A DNA stretch of 61,376 nucleotides, the filler included. It is 2 parts of 2 records of this genome, joined end to end, with 100 filler letters (N's around TTAATTAATTAA, not from the genome) between each part and the next. Parts side by side here need not be neighbours in the genome. Positions count along the whole stretch, not along the records: positions 29,905 to 61,376 come from DRR723986_4250; 1 more part is not named here. One strand, written 5' to 3'. Below, one piece after another: positions 32,291 through 42,145 of the stretch (its first letter is position 1; each line of letters opens with the position of its first letter). The position numbers were made by a program, and so were the translations under genes. The notes under the pieces were generated by a model. The model was given only the letters and a program-made list of their open reading frames with translations. It had not been told where the DNA came from and ran no database searches.

Positions 32291-32781
32291 GATTTGTCCG
32301 CCTCTCCTTCCAGATAGAACCGGTTGAGCCATTCGGCGACCAGCGCAGGCCGCTTGCCGTTCTCGATCTCCACCGTCGACTGCCAGACGATATCGACCTC
32401 TTGCGGTTTCGGCCTTGAAAGACGGGCGAGGACAAACCGCCCGCGGACCCGGCTGCCCACCTTTACGGGTGCAAGAAAACGCACCTTGTCGAAACCGTAA
32501 TTGATGCCCATCGTTGCGCCCTTGATCTTCGGCTGGGCTTCAACCCCCATCGCGGAGAGGAGCGACAGCGTCAGAAACCCGTGCGCGATCGTACCTTCGA
32601 AAGGTGTTTCCGCCGCCCTTTCAGGATCAACATGGATGAACTGGTGGTCCTGCGTCACCTCGGCAAAAGCGTCTATCCTGGCCTGGTCGATCAGGTACCA
32701 GGAAGACACGCCGACCTCCGATCCGACAAGCGTTTCCAGCTCGCTTGCGGCAAGGGTGCGTGACAGCGTATCAGCGCTCAC
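32284..32781 (-). CDS. MaoC family dehydratase
   Basis: DHQFIHVDP, TIAHGFLTLSL, NYGFDKVRF. Confidence 0.92.
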   Translation of the reverse strand: MSADTLSRTLAASELETLVGSEVGVSSWYLIDQARIDAFAEVTQDHQFIHVDPERAAETPFEGTIAHGFLTLSLLSAMGVEAQPKIKGATMGINYGFDKVRFLAPVKVGSRVRGRFVLARLSRPKPQEVDIVWQSTVEIENGKRPALVAEWLNRFYLEGEADKSC

Positions 32782-33600
32782 TCAATAGGCCTCCTGGAAG
32801 AGGTCTGGCCCGGTTTCCACGTTGATACCACCGCTGATGGGCAGGATGGCACCGGTGATATAGGCTCCGCCTCGCCCGCACAGATATTGCATGGCGGCTG
32901 CGATATCCTCCGGCCGGCCGACGCGGCCGAGTGGCACCTGGGCTCCCACACGCGAGCGGACATCCTCGTCCGCCGTTGCAAAGGCCGTCATGTTGCTGAC
33001 GAAAGGTCCCGGGGCCAGCGCATTGACTGTGATGCGCCGTTCCGCCAGCTCCTTGGCAAGGATCCGCGTCAGATGATGAACCGCAGCCTTGGAGGCCGCA
33101 TAGCTGTAGGCCCTGTCGCCATGGGCCGTTTCCCCCATGACCGAGCCGACGTTGACGACCCGTGCAGGGTCGTCGTCGCTCGCGCCAGCTTCCAGAAGCG
33201 GCAAAAGGCCTTGCGTCAGCTGGAACAACCCGGTGACATTCACCCGCATCACCCGTTCCCAGGCGTGATAGGGAAAGTCGCCGAGCGGCTGGCCCCAGCT
33301 TGTGCCGGCATTGTTCATCAGAATTTCCAGGCTGCCGGTGCGATTGCCGATTTCGCCCACCAGCGCCGCAACACCTTCTTCCGTTGCAACGTCCCCGGCA
33401 AAGCCTTCCGCCTTTCCGGAATAGCCGAGCGCGTTCAGCTCTTCGGCAGCCGCCTGGCAGGCTTCCAACTTGCGGCTGGCGATCATCACCCGCGCACCCG
33501 CGGCCATCAGCCCCTCGGCGGCCATTCGGCCGACCCCGGTCGCACCACCTGTAACCAATGCCGTTTTGCCGCCAAGGCTGAACAAGTGATCAGGCGTCAT
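32782..33600 (-). CDS. SDR family oxidoreductase
   Basis: TGGATGVG, NNAG, YAASK. Confidence 0.92.
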   Translation of the reverse strand: MTPDHLFSLGGKTALVTGGATGVGRMAAEGLMAAGARVMIASRKLEACQAAAEELNALGYSGKAEGFAGDVATEEGVAALVGEIGNRTGSLEILMNNAGTSWGQPLGDFPYHAWERVMRVNVTGLFQLTQGLLPLLEAGASDDDPARVVNVGSVMGETAHGDRAYSYAASKAAVHHLTRILAKELAERRITVNALAPGPFVSNMTAFATADEDVRSRVGAQVPLGRVGRPEDIAAAMQYLCGRGGAYITGAILPISGGINVETGPDLFQEAY

Positions 33601-35218
33601 GCGGTGCCTCCGGAAACTGTTTTCTTAAAGTAAGTTTCGACACCTTGCCCGTTGCCGTCATCGGCAACGCATCGACGAAGACGACGTCATCCGGCACCTG
33701 CCATTTTGCGACCCGTTCCGCCAGATGGCAGAGGATCTCCTCCTTCTGCGGCTGCGCTTCGTCCGACGGCTGAACGATGAGCAGCGGACGCTCGTCCCAC
33801 TTGGCGTCGGGTACCGCGATCACCGCGCAATTCGCCACGCCCGGATGGGACATGACGATGTTTTCCAGATCGAGCGAGCTGATCCATTCGCCGCCCGACT
33901 TGATGAGATCCTTGGAACGGTCCGTGATCGTCAGGAAACCCTCGGGACTGATGGCGGCGATATCGCCGGTGCAGAACCAACCTTCCTTGTCGAACACGGG
34001 TTTCGAGGCTTCCGGATCCTCGTAATAGCCGGAAGTGATCGTGTTGCCGCGCACATAGAGATGGCCCGGGGTCGTTCCGTCATGCGGCAGGCGATTGCCG
34101 GCATCATCGACGATCTTCATGTCGACACCGAAGATCCGCCGCCCCTGGCTCTGCTTCCTGTCGATGCGTTGGTCGAACGGAAGATCCGCCATCTCCGGCG
34201 GCAGGTTGCACTGGGTGCCGAGCGGGCTCATTTCCGTCATGCCCCAGGCATGGCAGACGTTGATGCCCTGTTTTTCGAAGGCCTCGATCAGCGAGCGCGA
34301 GGCAGCTGATCCGCCAACGACGATATCGCCGAAGCCTACGGGAATGCGGCCGCGCTGGCGGATCTCGTTCATGAGACCGATCCAGACGGTCGGCACCCCC
34401 CAGGCGGAGAAGACCTTTTCGCGGTCCATCAGGTCGAACAGGCTTTTGCCGTCCAGTGCGCCGCCCGGAAAAATCAGGCTGGAGCCGGAAAGCGGCGCGC
34501 CATAAGGCAGGCCCCAGGCGTTGACGTGAAACAGCGGCACCACCGGCAAGATGCGCGAGCCCTCGTTGAGGACCCGGGGAATGGTGACGCACATGTCGTA
34601 GGCATGCAGCACCGTGGAGCGATGCGAATAGAGCGTGCCCTTCGGATTGCCTGTGGTGCCGGACGTGTAACAAAGCCCGGCGGCCTGGTCCTCGTCGAAA
34701 TCCGGCCAGTCCATTTCACCCGGCTGTCCGTCAAGAATTTCCTCGTAACAGAGCACACCTTCCAGTGTCGTTTCGGGCATATGCGCACGATCCGTCATGA
34801 TGACGATGCGCAGATCTGCCGGAAAATGCGGCCGCAGCTTTTCCACGATCGGCACGAAGGTGAGATCAACGAACAGCACCCGGTCCTGGGCGTGATTGAC
34901 GATATAGATCATCTGTTCCGCTGAAAGCCGCGGATTGATGGTGTGGCAGATGGCGCCAATGCCGGAAATTGCATAATAGAGCTCGAAATGGCGGTAGCCA
35001 TTCCAGGCAAGTGTCGCCACCCGGTCGCTTTCAGCGATGCCGAGTGCCTTCAGGCCATGAGCCAGCCGGGCGATCCGGCCGGCGGTTTCCTTGTAGGTGG
35101 TGCGGTGAATATCGCCTTCCGTCCTCACGGACACGATCTCACCGGCCGGATAGGTATCCGCTGCAAAGGTGATGAGGTCCGCGATTTTCAGCGGACGGTG
35201 CATCATCATTCCCTTCAT
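33590..35218 (-). CDS. Fatty-acid--CoA ligase (AlkK/DmdB-like)
   Basis: YTSGTTGNPKG, WGMTEMSP, TGD, DRSKDLIKSGGEWISS. Confidence 0.92.
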   Translation of the reverse strand: MKGMMMHRPLKIADLITFAADTYPAGEIVSVRTEGDIHRTTYKETAGRIARLAHGLKALGIAESDRVATLAWNGYRHFELYYAISGIGAICHTINPRLSAEQMIYIVNHAQDRVLFVDLTFVPIVEKLRPHFPADLRIVIMTDRAHMPETTLEGVLCYEEILDGQPGEMDWPDFDEDQAAGLCYTSGTTGNPKGTLYSHRSTVLHAYDMCVTIPRVLNEGSRILPVVPLFHVNAWGLPYGAPLSGSSLIFPGGALDGKSLFDLMDREKVFSAWGVPTVWIGLMNEIRQRGRIPVGFGDIVVGGSAASRSLIEAFEKQGINVCHAWGMTEMSPLGTQCNLPPEMADLPFDQRIDRKQSQGRRIFGVDMKIVDDAGNRLPHDGTTPGHLYVRGNTITSGYYEDPEASKPVFDKEGWFCTGDIAAISPEGFLTITDRSKDLIKSGGEWISSLDLENIVMSHPGVANCAVIAVPDAKWDERPLLIVQPSDEAQPQKEEILCHLAERVAKWQVPDDVVFVDALPMTATGKVSKLTLRKQFPEAPHDA

Positions 35219-35402
35219 GTGTTTCCTCCCAGAACACGGCCGCTTCATACGGTCCCTCAAAGGGTTGAAGGGGAAGCCTAGCGCGCGGCTGACGCGCTGG
35301 AAAGGTCAATTTCCTCGGATGGCTTTTCCCGAAACCCTTTGACAGCGGCAGGCACATGCGCCAAACCCTGCCCAACCCAAGAGGAATGGTTGAGACCCCT
35401 TC

Positions 35403-36350
35403 ATGACCCAGAAACTGGTCATTGCCGTTTGCACCGCGCAGCGGCCGAAAATGCTGCAGGCGTGCCTGGATAGCCTCGACAATCTGATCGCGCCCGCGAA
35501 CACGCAGATGGCGATCGTCGTTGTGGAAAACGATCCCGTGCCGCATTTCACAGGTGCTGCAGCAGAAGATGTGAAGAAGAGGCTGTCTCTGCCGGTTTTC
35601 TTCCATCACGAAAAACGCAAGGGCATTCCCTTTGCCCGTAACACGGCCTTGGAAGCGGCGCTGGAACACGCCCCGGACTGGGTGGCGCTGATCGATGACG
35701 ATGAACGCGCAGAACCGGACTGGATCGAAAAGCTTCTGGCCGCCTGCCTGGAACACAAGGCCGAAGTCGCCAACGGCCCCGTGCGCCGGATTTATGAAAA
35801 GCCGGCCCCGCACTGGTGGAAATCGCAGCTCCTGAAGCCGCGGCCGACCGGCTCGATCATCACCGAAGCACCGACCAACAACGTGTTGCTGAGCGGCCGT
35901 ATCATCGCGCGGGACGGTCTTGGCCTGCGGTTCGATGAACGCCTGACCTTCGGCAGCGAGGATATCGACTTCTTCCGCCGCACCCATGCGGCCGGCGCAA
36001 AGATTATCTGGGTGGATGATGCCTTTGTCGAGGAGGACATTCCGGCCTCGCGCGTCACCACCGGCCGCCTGCTGAGCCGCATGCACATGGCGGCAACCTC
36101 CGGCGCGTTCAACATCGTGCTGCGCGAAGGCCGGCTGAAGGCCGCCCTGCATTTCATTCCCAAAAGCCTGCGGCGCATGTTCTTCGGCCTGCTGGCGACA
36201 ATCGTCGGTTTCGTGTTGAAGCCCTTCGCCAGAAAGCGCGGCGAGAAGCTCTTCTACTATGGCCTGATCCGTCTCATGAAAGGCTCCGGCAACCTGCGCG
36301 GACTTCTGGGCCGGGCGCATAATTACTACGATGTGATCGATGGTCACTGA
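35403..36350 (+). CDS. Glycosyltransferase family 2
   Basis: VVVEND, ARN, LIDDDE, GSEDIDFF. Confidence 0.88.
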   Translation: MTQKLVIAVCTAQRPKMLQACLDSLDNLIAPANTQMAIVVVENDPVPHFTGAAAEDVKKRLSLPVFFHHEKRKGIPFARNTALEAALEHAPDWVALIDDDERAEPDWIEKLLAACLEHKAEVANGPVRRIYEKPAPHWWKSQLLKPRPTGSIITEAPTNNVLLSGRIIARDGLGLRFDERLTFGSEDIDFFRRTHAAGAKIIWVDDAFVEEDIPASRVTTGRLLSRMHMAATSGAFNIVLREGRLKAALHFIPKSLRRMFFGLLATIVGFVLKPFARKRGEKLFYYGLIRLMKGSGNLRGLLGRAHNYYDVIDGH

Positions 36351-37401
36351 CACGCAGATGCAGCCGAATAAACTCGCCCATATTCATCTTGGCGTTGATG
36401 GCGGGGCAGAACGGTTCTTCGTGCGCCTGACAGGCGCCCTTGCCCGGCGGGGCGTGGAGCAGATCGCCTTCATCCGAAAGGACCGGCCCTGGCGCGATGA
36501 CCTTGCCAGACACTGCGATGTGCGCGAGATGACCTTCAGCCGCTCGCACCTGAAACGCCATGTCATCCGCTGGGACATTGCCCGCCAGATCAAGGCATTC
36601 GGCGCGCGTTCCACCATGGGCTGGATGAGCCCGGCCAGCAAATGGATGCCGAAACCCGGCCCCAGCATGCGCACCTTTTTGCGCCTTGGCGACTGGCCGG
36701 ACGGCTTCCACACCTATGGCAATGTCGAGGACCTGATCGGCAACACGCCGGAGATCATTCGCCAGGCCATCGAAATGGGCTGGCCTGCGGAACGTGCCCA
36801 TGTGATCAGCAACTTTGTCGATCCGTTGCCCGCGGATCTGAAGCCGGTCGACCGGGCGGACTACGACACGCCCGAAGACGCCACGGTGCTGATCCACCTC
36901 GGCCGTTTCGTCGAACGCAAGCGCTTCGATCTTGCCATTCAAACGGTCGCCGGCCTGCCGGAGACCGTTCATGCCTGGCTGATCGGCGACGGCGAACTGA
37001 TGTCCGACATGAAGGCACTGGCATCAAACCTTGGCGTTCAGGACCGTGTCCACTTTCTCGGCTGGCAACGCGACCCCTCGCCTTTCCTGAAAGCTGCCGA
37101 TATCCTGTTGTGCCCGACCGACGAAGAACCGCTCGGCAACGTTGTCCTGGAAGGCTGGACCGCCGGGCTGCCCGTTGTCGCAACCGCCTCGCCCGGCCCA
37201 AGCTGGCTGATCGACCACGGCAAGACCGGGCTGCTGTCGCCCTGCGGGGATGTCGACGGGCTGGTGGGGTCGGTCAAACAGCTGCTCAGCACGCCGGATC
37301 AGGAAAATGCATTGGTTGAAGGTGGCAAACGCCGCCTGGAAGGCCAGTTTTCCGAAGACGCCATCTGCAAGACCTATTCCACACTGCTTTTCGAGAGCTG
37401 A
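36340..37401 (+). CDS. Glycosyltransferase family 4
   Basis: GGAERF, GRFVERK, EPLGNVVLEGW. Confidence 0.9.
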   Translation: MVTDTQMQPNKLAHIHLGVDGGAERFFVRLTGALARRGVEQIAFIRKDRPWRDDLARHCDVREMTFSRSHLKRHVIRWDIARQIKAFGARSTMGWMSPASKWMPKPGPSMRTFLRLGDWPDGFHTYGNVEDLIGNTPEIIRQAIEMGWPAERAHVISNFVDPLPADLKPVDRADYDTPEDATVLIHLGRFVERKRFDLAIQTVAGLPETVHAWLIGDGELMSDMKALASNLGVQDRVHFLGWQRDPSPFLKAADILLCPTDEEPLGNVVLEGWTAGLPVVATASPGPSWLIDHGKTGLLSPCGDVDGLVGSVKQLLSTPDQENALVEGGKRRLEGQFSEDAICKTYSTLLFES

Positions 37402-37438
37402 TACCGATCACCGCAAGGCAACCCACGCAGGCGCGAAC

Positions 37439-38257
37439 ATGAAAAAGAAAAAAAGATTATACAATTTCATCGTCCGTCACCCGAACCGGCGCACCTTCGC
37501 AAAGCTTTTCAATTGGTATGTCACCTTCTCGAATGCGCTGCGGAGCAAGAAGCGCTGGAACATCAAGGTTGTTTCAGATGAACCGGTCTTCCGCGTTCGG
37601 GACGATAAGGGCCAGGAGATCTCCTTTCTTCACAGCGAGCGCGTCGGCTTCTACCGCTACGGTGTTCAGCCGAGAACCAAGGGCCTTCTGGACGACTATT
37701 TCATCGACCCGGCAACGATTTCGGACGGCGACGTGATCATCGATTGCGGTGCGAACATAGGCGAGATCGGCCTCGGATTGCGCCTTGAAGGCAAGTCCGT
37801 CCGCTACATCGCGTTCGAGCCCGGCCGGGACGAGGCAGCCTGCTGCCAGCTCAACAACCCGGATGGTGTTGTCGAACAACGGGCCCTCTGGCACGAAAAG
37901 ACGACGCTCAAATTCTACGAAAAATCGGACACAGCCGATTCCTCTCTGATCGAGTTTTCCGGCTACGGCTCTGTTGTTGAGGTGGAAACGACGACTCTCA
38001 ACGACTACTGCGAAGAAAACGACATCCGCTCGATCAAACTCTTGAAGATCGAAGGCGAAGGCGCCGAGCCGGAAATCCTGAAAGGTGCCGACAAGATCCT
38101 GGACCGCGTCCACTACATCTGCGTCGACTGCGGCCCCGAACGCGGCCTCACCAAAGACCCCACCCTGCCAGCCGTGTGCCATTTTCTGGTCGAGCAGGGG
38201 TTCAGGTTTGAGAAGATTTCAACGAAGAGATTGACGGCGTTGTTTGTGAGACACTAG
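37439..38257 (+). CDS. FkbM family methyltransferase
   Basis: IDCGANIG, AFEP, LLKIEGEGAEPEIL. Confidence 0.88.
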   Translation: MKKKKRLYNFIVRHPNRRTFAKLFNWYVTFSNALRSKKRWNIKVVSDEPVFRVRDDKGQEISFLHSERVGFYRYGVQPRTKGLLDDYFIDPATISDGDVIIDCGANIGEIGLGLRLEGKSVRYIAFEPGRDEAACCQLNNPDGVVEQRALWHEKTTLKFYEKSDTADSSLIEFSGYGSVVEVETTTLNDYCEENDIRSIKLLKIEGEGAEPEILKGADKILDRVHYICVDCGPERGLTKDPTLPAVCHFLVEQGFRFEKISTKRLTALFVRH

Positions 38258-38305
38258 CAATAAGATAAACAGATATTGAAGTATACATTAGCGATGACAT
38301 CTGAT

Positions 38306-39163
38306 CTAAAGGCGTTCCCAGCCAGTTGGGATCAAGTCTATGGTTTTCATCGATTGGGAATTAAACCATTTGTGAGGCACAATTACGCGCTTATCCTTAT
38401 TAGGGTTTAACCACGCGCCCCACCAGCTGAATGTACTATTTGCAGTAATATGGTTTTGGCAGACTGACATTAGGTACATGTCCTCGAAGTCATGGCCGTC
38501 TTCATTGGGCTCAACCCAAATGACATTGCAATCTAATTCAATATTTTTCTTAACCCAATCAATGTCATCGGAAAAAACAACTGGTGTAATCTCCGCTGAA
38601 TTTTTTCTAATTTCTTGTATTGCCTTTGCGTACCATTCAGGTTCGCACGTTCCATGAAATGCGTTTGCCTTCGCGTTACTAACGTAATCACCCCGTCTAA
38701 CGTGAATAGAAACAGGTTTTCTGGAAGCCCGTATTTCTTTACGGATTTTCTCTCGGCTTTGAGCAAGTTCTTTTTTAAGCACAAACTCCTTTCGGATATG
38801 GGTTTCGATATTTTTAAAATATTTCTCACTTTGCCAATATCCAGAAAAATAAGTCGATGTTTTCAAATTCAACACTTCGGGATTGAATGTGAACCCCTCT
38901 TCTTTCACATAATTTATTGATCTGCGATTTGTAAATGGAAACTTAAATTCTCTCTTTTTCTTCTTTACTTCATGAATTTCTTCTCTGGAAGCAATCTCAG
39001 CTTTTATGTTTAACCTATCAAGTAAAAATGAATGAGGTTTATAATTCTCGTAACTTGAAATATCCAATTTCAATGGCATGCTAGACTGCTCAGACAGTGA
39101 TCGTCCCATAGCATACTGAAACATCTGATTGCCTAGCCCACCAGTTATTTGAACAATAATCAA
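38306..39163 (-). CDS. GT11 alpha-1,2-fucosyl/colitosyl-transferase
   Basis: GGLGNQMFQYA, GYWQSEKYF, HVRRGDY, NSTFSWWGAWL; AT-rich. Confidence 0.92.
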   Translation of the reverse strand: MIIVQITGGLGNQMFQYAMGRSLSEQSSMPLKLDISSYENYKPHSFLLDRLNIKAEIASREEIHEVKKKKREFKFPFTNRRSINYVKEEGFTFNPEVLNLKTSTYFSGYWQSEKYFKNIETHIRKEFVLKKELAQSREKIRKEIRASRKPVSIHVRRGDYVSNAKANAFHGTCEPEWYAKAIQEIRKNSAEITPVVFSDDIDWVKKNIELDCNVIWVEPNEDGHDFEDMYLMSVCQNHITANSTFSWWGAWLNPNKDKRVIVPHKWFNSQSMKTIDLIPTGWERL

Positions 39164-39211
39164 CTGACTTATACTTTCTCTGATACGTCTCTTTCCAGAT
39201 ATTTCGAAAAA

Positions 39212-39991
39212 CTATTTATGTTTCCAACGACCTATATATGGAATGTTTACAAAAAATCGCCGCAAAGAGTCATTCAAACGAATGAAGCGAGTATTTTTCT
39301 TGAATTCTTTTGGACGACTACCGCGCCGTTTTCCTTGCCAAATTTCGGAATCAGCCTCCGAAGTAGCAACGTGCGAGACAGGGAAGGGTTGAATCCCGAA
39401 ACTCTCAACGCCGTGACTCCAAAATCTATCCAAATGAACATCAACCGGTTCGTACCAAACTTCAGCCTTACTAATCAGCTTCTTTGCTGCAAGAGGTGAA
39501 AGTGCATATGACGATGTCCCGTGCGGACCTCGCTTAAAACGAACGATTTTTAGTTCTCTTATTTGCTCGCAGATCGCATATTTTCTGATTTTGTGTCCGG
39601 ATAAACGGAGGAGACCGTATTCGTGAACTTTTTGAACAGCAAGCTCATATGCTGAATTGAAATTAAAGTTGAACTCAATGTCATCTTCTAAAATCAGAAT
39701 TGGCTTATCTTTTTCAACGCAGAGCTGCCAAAGAAGGAAATGACTGGCATAACAACCAAGTTCCCCAGGCGCGAGTTCGAACCCATAATGCTTTAGCGCA
39801 GAACGCTCACTATATCTTACAAACAGGGGGTGATTTTCGATTCGACCATCAACCGCATCAAAAAACTCATAGGGAATGTTCAATGCATCAAGTTTCGTAG
39901 ACATTTCAGATCTACGTTTTTCTGATCGCTCCAAGTTTACAACATAGGTGTCTATTGTTTTGAGCTGTTTCATTCGATGCGACCGTGCCAT
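39212..39991 (-). CDS. GT25 LPS glycosyltransferase (Lex2B/LgtB-like galactosyltransferase)
   Basis: YVVNLERSEKRR, FFDAVDG, GELGCYASH, LILEDD; start uncertain. Confidence 0.9.
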   Translation of the reverse strand: MARSHRMKQLKTIDTYVVNLERSEKRRSEMSTKLDALNIPYEFFDAVDGRIENHPLFVRYSERSALKHYGFELAPGELGCYASHFLLWQLCVEKDKPILILEDDIEFNFNFNSAYELAVQKVHEYGLLRLSGHKIRKYAICEQIRELKIVRFKRGPHGTSSYALSPLAAKKLISKAEVWYEPVDVHLDRFWSHGVESFGIQPFPVSHVATSEADSEIWQGKRRGSRPKEFKKNTRFIRLNDSLRRFFVNIPYIGRWKHK

Positions 39992-40283
39992 TTCGTTAAT
40001 TGCTACCAACTAATACCTGTCGACAACGGCTCATACATACCACTTTCTTCACATTAAGGTTACACTGAAATACGGATGTCACCAAATAGCGCTCGTATTC
40101 GAAACATTTGTTGAAAAGGCCATTTTAACGCGGCGTATAATGGATAGTTGATCATATTTCTTGGTTATGTATAAAATTTGCAGTCGCACAAAGGCCTATT
40201 CTAGGCAATTGCTTCAGGCTTTAGTTGTGTGCAATTATCCTCCGATAATAACATTAAGCTCAACGCTAGGAAGATTTTTCGCA

Positions 40284-40964
40284 ATGCTAAGCTGGATAAA
40301 ACGTCTATTTCTTTTCCGTAAACAATCTTCACTTCAAAACTCGGAGAATGAAGCGCCCCTTACAGAAGTAAAACGGTGGTTTCGGGATAAGGGAGATGAG
40401 ACATTGAGATTATCATATCCACTTAATGAGGATTCAACCGTATTTGATTTGGGAGGGTTTCAAGGTGACTTTGCAAACCAAATCAACATTCGGTACCGTT
40501 GCTACGTTTATTTGTTCGAGCCTAGCGTTGAGTTTTTTGAGAAATGTGAAAAAAGGTTTACTCAAAACTCAAAAGTACATTGTTTTAATTTTGGACTATC
40601 TGACGAGAACGGTCGATTTACACTCTCCAATGAAGGTGACGGCTCATCCATACTACATAAATCTGACGCTAATGGCATCGAAACTGTGACTGTTAAGAAA
40701 TTTTCAGATGTTTTCGACTCTTTACATATCAAGAATGTCGATCTTATCAAGATAAATATAGAAGGTTCTGAATATCAACTCCTAGATCACATGATTTCGT
40801 CGGGGTTAATTGAAAAATTTGAAAATATACAAGTACAGTTTCATGATTTTGTAGATAATGCAAAAGAACTTCGGAACACGCTCACAGAGAAACTCTCGAA
40901 AACACATCATAGAACATGGTGCTATGAGTTTGTTTGGGAAAATTGGCAGAAAAACTCCAACTAA
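40284..40964 (+). CDS. FkbM family methyltransferase (AT-rich)
   Basis: VFDLGGFQG, FEP, LIKINIEGSEY, QVQFH. Confidence 0.88.
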   Translation: MLSWIKRLFLFRKQSSLQNSENEAPLTEVKRWFRDKGDETLRLSYPLNEDSTVFDLGGFQGDFANQINIRYRCYVYLFEPSVEFFEKCEKRFTQNSKVHCFNFGLSDENGRFTLSNEGDGSSILHKSDANGIETVTVKKFSDVFDSLHIKNVDLIKINIEGSEYQLLDHMISSGLIEKFENIQVQFHDFVDNAKELRNTLTEKLSKTHHRTWCYEFVWENWQKNSN

Positions 40965-40998
40965 TCTAATCGAACTGTTTTCTGCAAACAACAATTGG

Positions 40999-42000
40999 CT
41001 ACTCGCCTAATAAATTTACAATCCTACGCGATAGGCGTTTCCGATATCGCTTGAGAGTTGAGGTATTCTTTATGAAAAACTTTTCCGACTCAATTTTTTT
41101 GTAACCTCCGTATTTATCTTGATTTAATGAGATGGCTATTTTGGCCAGAACAGAAAACAAATTGTGTTCAAACAAGACTCTTCGTCTACTTTCTTTTAAT
41201 AGACTTTCGGATTCTTCAGCTAAACTCGAGTTAATAATATGCTCTATTTTAGAAATAGATTCTTCCGTATCACGAATGTCGATTTTTGATAGTGCGCCTT
41301 CTGGAAAGTAGTCATCTACGTTTGGACAACCGTGATATATTGGATATGTCAGAGTTAAGAAAGGGTCTGAGAGTTTTTCGGTCCAATAATCTAAGATTGC
41401 GCAGTTTTCTAATGAGATATGATATTTATACTGTGAAAGAGTTTCCATTTTATCTGTAAACGAGCAAATGTTTCGGCCGAAATAGTCAATTCTATCTCCG
41501 AAATGACACTTAAGAGCGTCCACAAAGCGCAATCTCGCTCTATGTTCCTCCGTAAACGCCTTATCTGACGAAATTACAGAGATCAATTTAGATTTCTTAG
41601 GTTGGTAGTCCCTGAAAAAATCGAAGGTAAGTGGAAGATTACTTAATCGGTTGAATTCGCTCCAAACACCGACATGCCAAGGCAATCCAGGCTGCTGATA
41701 GACAGCATTTGGGTGTTGGCTAGTCTTGTCAGTCGTCACGATAAGGTCAAATTGTCTCAAGAAATTCGAAGAATATACTTTCACGTTCTGCGGTTCTGAA
41801 GCTATAAACACGCATTTTCGAGCTTTAATTTTGCCGCAATATTTTATTGGTAATGCATCAAACACAAAGAGTATATCACAATTTTCCAAATTATTGGAAA
41901 AATCAAAATAAACATTGTTCCAGATTGGTTCTAGATTGGGAAATTGACGCGTCCAAACCCAATTTTCCGACGAAGACACAAAAGCTGCTTTTATCAACAA
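40999..42000 (-). CDS. GT10-like alpha-1,3/4-fucosyl/colitosyl-transferase
   Basis: YKYHISLENCAILDYWTEKL...PIYHG matches the GT10 YKFxxxxEN..DYxTEK motif. Confidence 0.8.
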   Translation of the reverse strand: MLIKAAFVSSSENWVWTRQFPNLEPIWNNVYFDFSNNLENCDILFVFDALPIKYCGKIKARKCVFIASEPQNVKVYSSNFLRQFDLIVTTDKTSQHPNAVYQQPGLPWHVGVWSEFNRLSNLPLTFDFFRDYQPKKSKLISVISSDKAFTEEHRARLRFVDALKCHFGDRIDYFGRNICSFTDKMETLSQYKYHISLENCAILDYWTEKLSDPFLTLTYPIYHGCPNVDDYFPEGALSKIDIRDTEESISKIEHIINSSLAEESESLLKESRRRVLFEHNLFSVLAKIAISLNQDKYGGYKKIESEKFFIKNTSTLKRYRKRLSRRIVNLLGE

Positions 42001-42145
42001 TATCTCCGCAAAGGTTTGAGGACAAAACCGCTACGATAGTTCGCGGACAATTCGATTAGCTGTTTAATATTACGATTCTCAAACATATCCAGCGAACCAA
42101 ATCTCATTTCTTGAATTGCAAATTACAACTCTCTGCAAGAATAAA

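Noticed and set aside
30035-32317. 760-aa plus-strand ORF
   Set aside because: Antisense to two well-supported genes (ACAD, NMO); no domain signature.
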